A stretch of 63,144 bases of DNA, filler included, from Intoshia linei (lineage: Eukaryota > Animalia > Orthonectida): NCBI GenBank assembly GCA_001642005.1. It is 8 parts of 8 records of this genome, joined end to end, with 100 filler letters (N's around TTAATTAATTAA, not from the genome) between each part and the next. Parts side by side here need not be neighbours in the genome. Positions count along the whole stretch, not along the records: positions 60,780 to 63,144 come from LWCA01002433.1; 7 more parts are not named here. The stretch is one strand, 5' to 3'. Each line of letters opens with the position of its first letter. The stretch's first letter is position 1. Under the pieces are notes generated by a model. The model was given only the letters and a program-made list of their open reading frames with translations, was not told where the DNA came from and searched no databases. Of the stretch, positions 62,110 to 63,144 are shown in pieces. The translations under genes were made by a program, and so were the position numbers.

Positions 62110-63144
62110 TTATAATGTTAAACTATCAAGTAACTGTTCAATTGTATAATTCGTTGATTTTAGTTGTAAACAATTAGAAAGATTTCTTTGAGTGATGCAA
62201 CTTCTTTTTTCACTCTTAATAACTTTTAACAACGAAAATAAATGTTCACATAGGTAAGTTGTTCCAAATAATAATAAAACCCACAAAGCATTTTCTTTAA
62301 GTTGTACATATTTAACTGGAAAGTAATTTTTATAAAACTCCGTACATTCCATATTATAAAAACGGTCTCTCAATAGTTCACTTGATTGAAAATCAATCAA
62401 TTCTAATTGGTAATCAACAGAAACATTATCAGGCTGTAAAGAGAACGGTTTGGTAAATAAGTAGAATCTATTTGATGTACCTAAAAATAAATTTTAAAAT
62501 AAATAAAAATTTAAAATTATTACTTCTTAAATCCGAAAATCTGCGATGAAATTCTTCTTTCAAGCTTTTCAAAATTTGATTATATTTTGATATACATAAA
62601 CCTTCATTTTTAAATGTTTCTTTGAAATTTGGGAAATGTTCAAGAATATTATTTTCAAAATTATTAATCCACAATTAGTTTACATTCGAATGCATTTACA
62701 ATATCATAATAATCTGTAATTATTTTATTCTTTCCTTGNAGAGAACGGTTTGATAAATAAGGAGAATCTATTTGATGTACTTAAAAATAAATTTTAAAAT
62801 AAATAAAAATTTAAAATTATTACTTCTTAAATCCGAAAATCTGCGATGAAATTCTTTTTTTAAGTTTTTCAAAATTTGAATATATTTTGATATACATGGA
62901 CTTTTATTTTTAGATGTTTCTTTGAAATTTGAGAAATGTTTAAGAATATTATTTTCAAAATTATTAATCCACAAAAACAGTTTACATTCGAATGCATTCA
63001 CAATATCATAATAATCTGTAATTATTTTATTCTTTCCTTGCAGTTTTAAATTTAAAGTGTTCAGGTAACTAGTAATATGTACTATAAAAAATAAATCAGA
63101 CAGCCACATTGCATCTAAAAACTCTGCAAAATGTTTATTTTTTG
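62110..63144 (-). mobile_element. hAT transposase C-terminal half (SPIN/Buster/GTF2IRD2-like) with a 43-nt intron and a ~300-bp tandem duplication joined at an N
   Basis: WLSDLFF..ITSYLNTLNLKLQGK..AFECKLFLW..EFHRRFSDL, LFTKPFS..QLELIDFQS and dimerisation domain LFGTTYLCEHLFSLLKVIKS..RS..L..CL. Confidence 0.92.

Overview
This is very AT-rich eukaryotic (animal-like) draft scaffold sequence, not prokaryotic. Genes are split by tiny GT-AG introns (mostly 34-45 nt), so the ORF track fragments them. Seven 100-nt gaps (44 N + TTAATTAATTAA + 44 N) are assembly linkers, so adjacency across them is unverified. Host genes reconstructed by hand: the 5' part of glycogen debranching enzyme AGL (-), head-to-head with a complete evectin/PLEKHB-like PH-domain gene (+); complete RAD50 (+, about 29 exons); a weakly supported orphan, possibly FCHo/SGIP1-like (-); a complete ~4,180-aa beta-heavy spectrin (-) with one 11-kb exon; a partial Cys-rich GCC2/GCC3-repeat gene (+); EMC2 (+); and two orphan fragments. 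The rest is a dense set of transposons: a MULE with 9-bp TSD inside a RAD50 intron, hAT/hATm/Charlie elements and MITEs, Tc1/Tc3, Tigger/pogo, a piggyBac MITE, Helitron-like repeats, a Ty3/gypsy pol and a possible RLE non-LTR remnant. Micro-introns, extreme AT content and very divergent conserved proteins suggest a reduced parasitic invertebrate such as the orthonectid Intoshia (inference only). I found no tRNA, rRNA or CRISPR array and no clear new multi-gene system. The best leads are transposases carrying host-style introns, a MULE with compound (element-within-element) TIRs, long introns that collapse to micro-introns once the TE is removed, the giant-exon spectrin and the tail-extended evectin.
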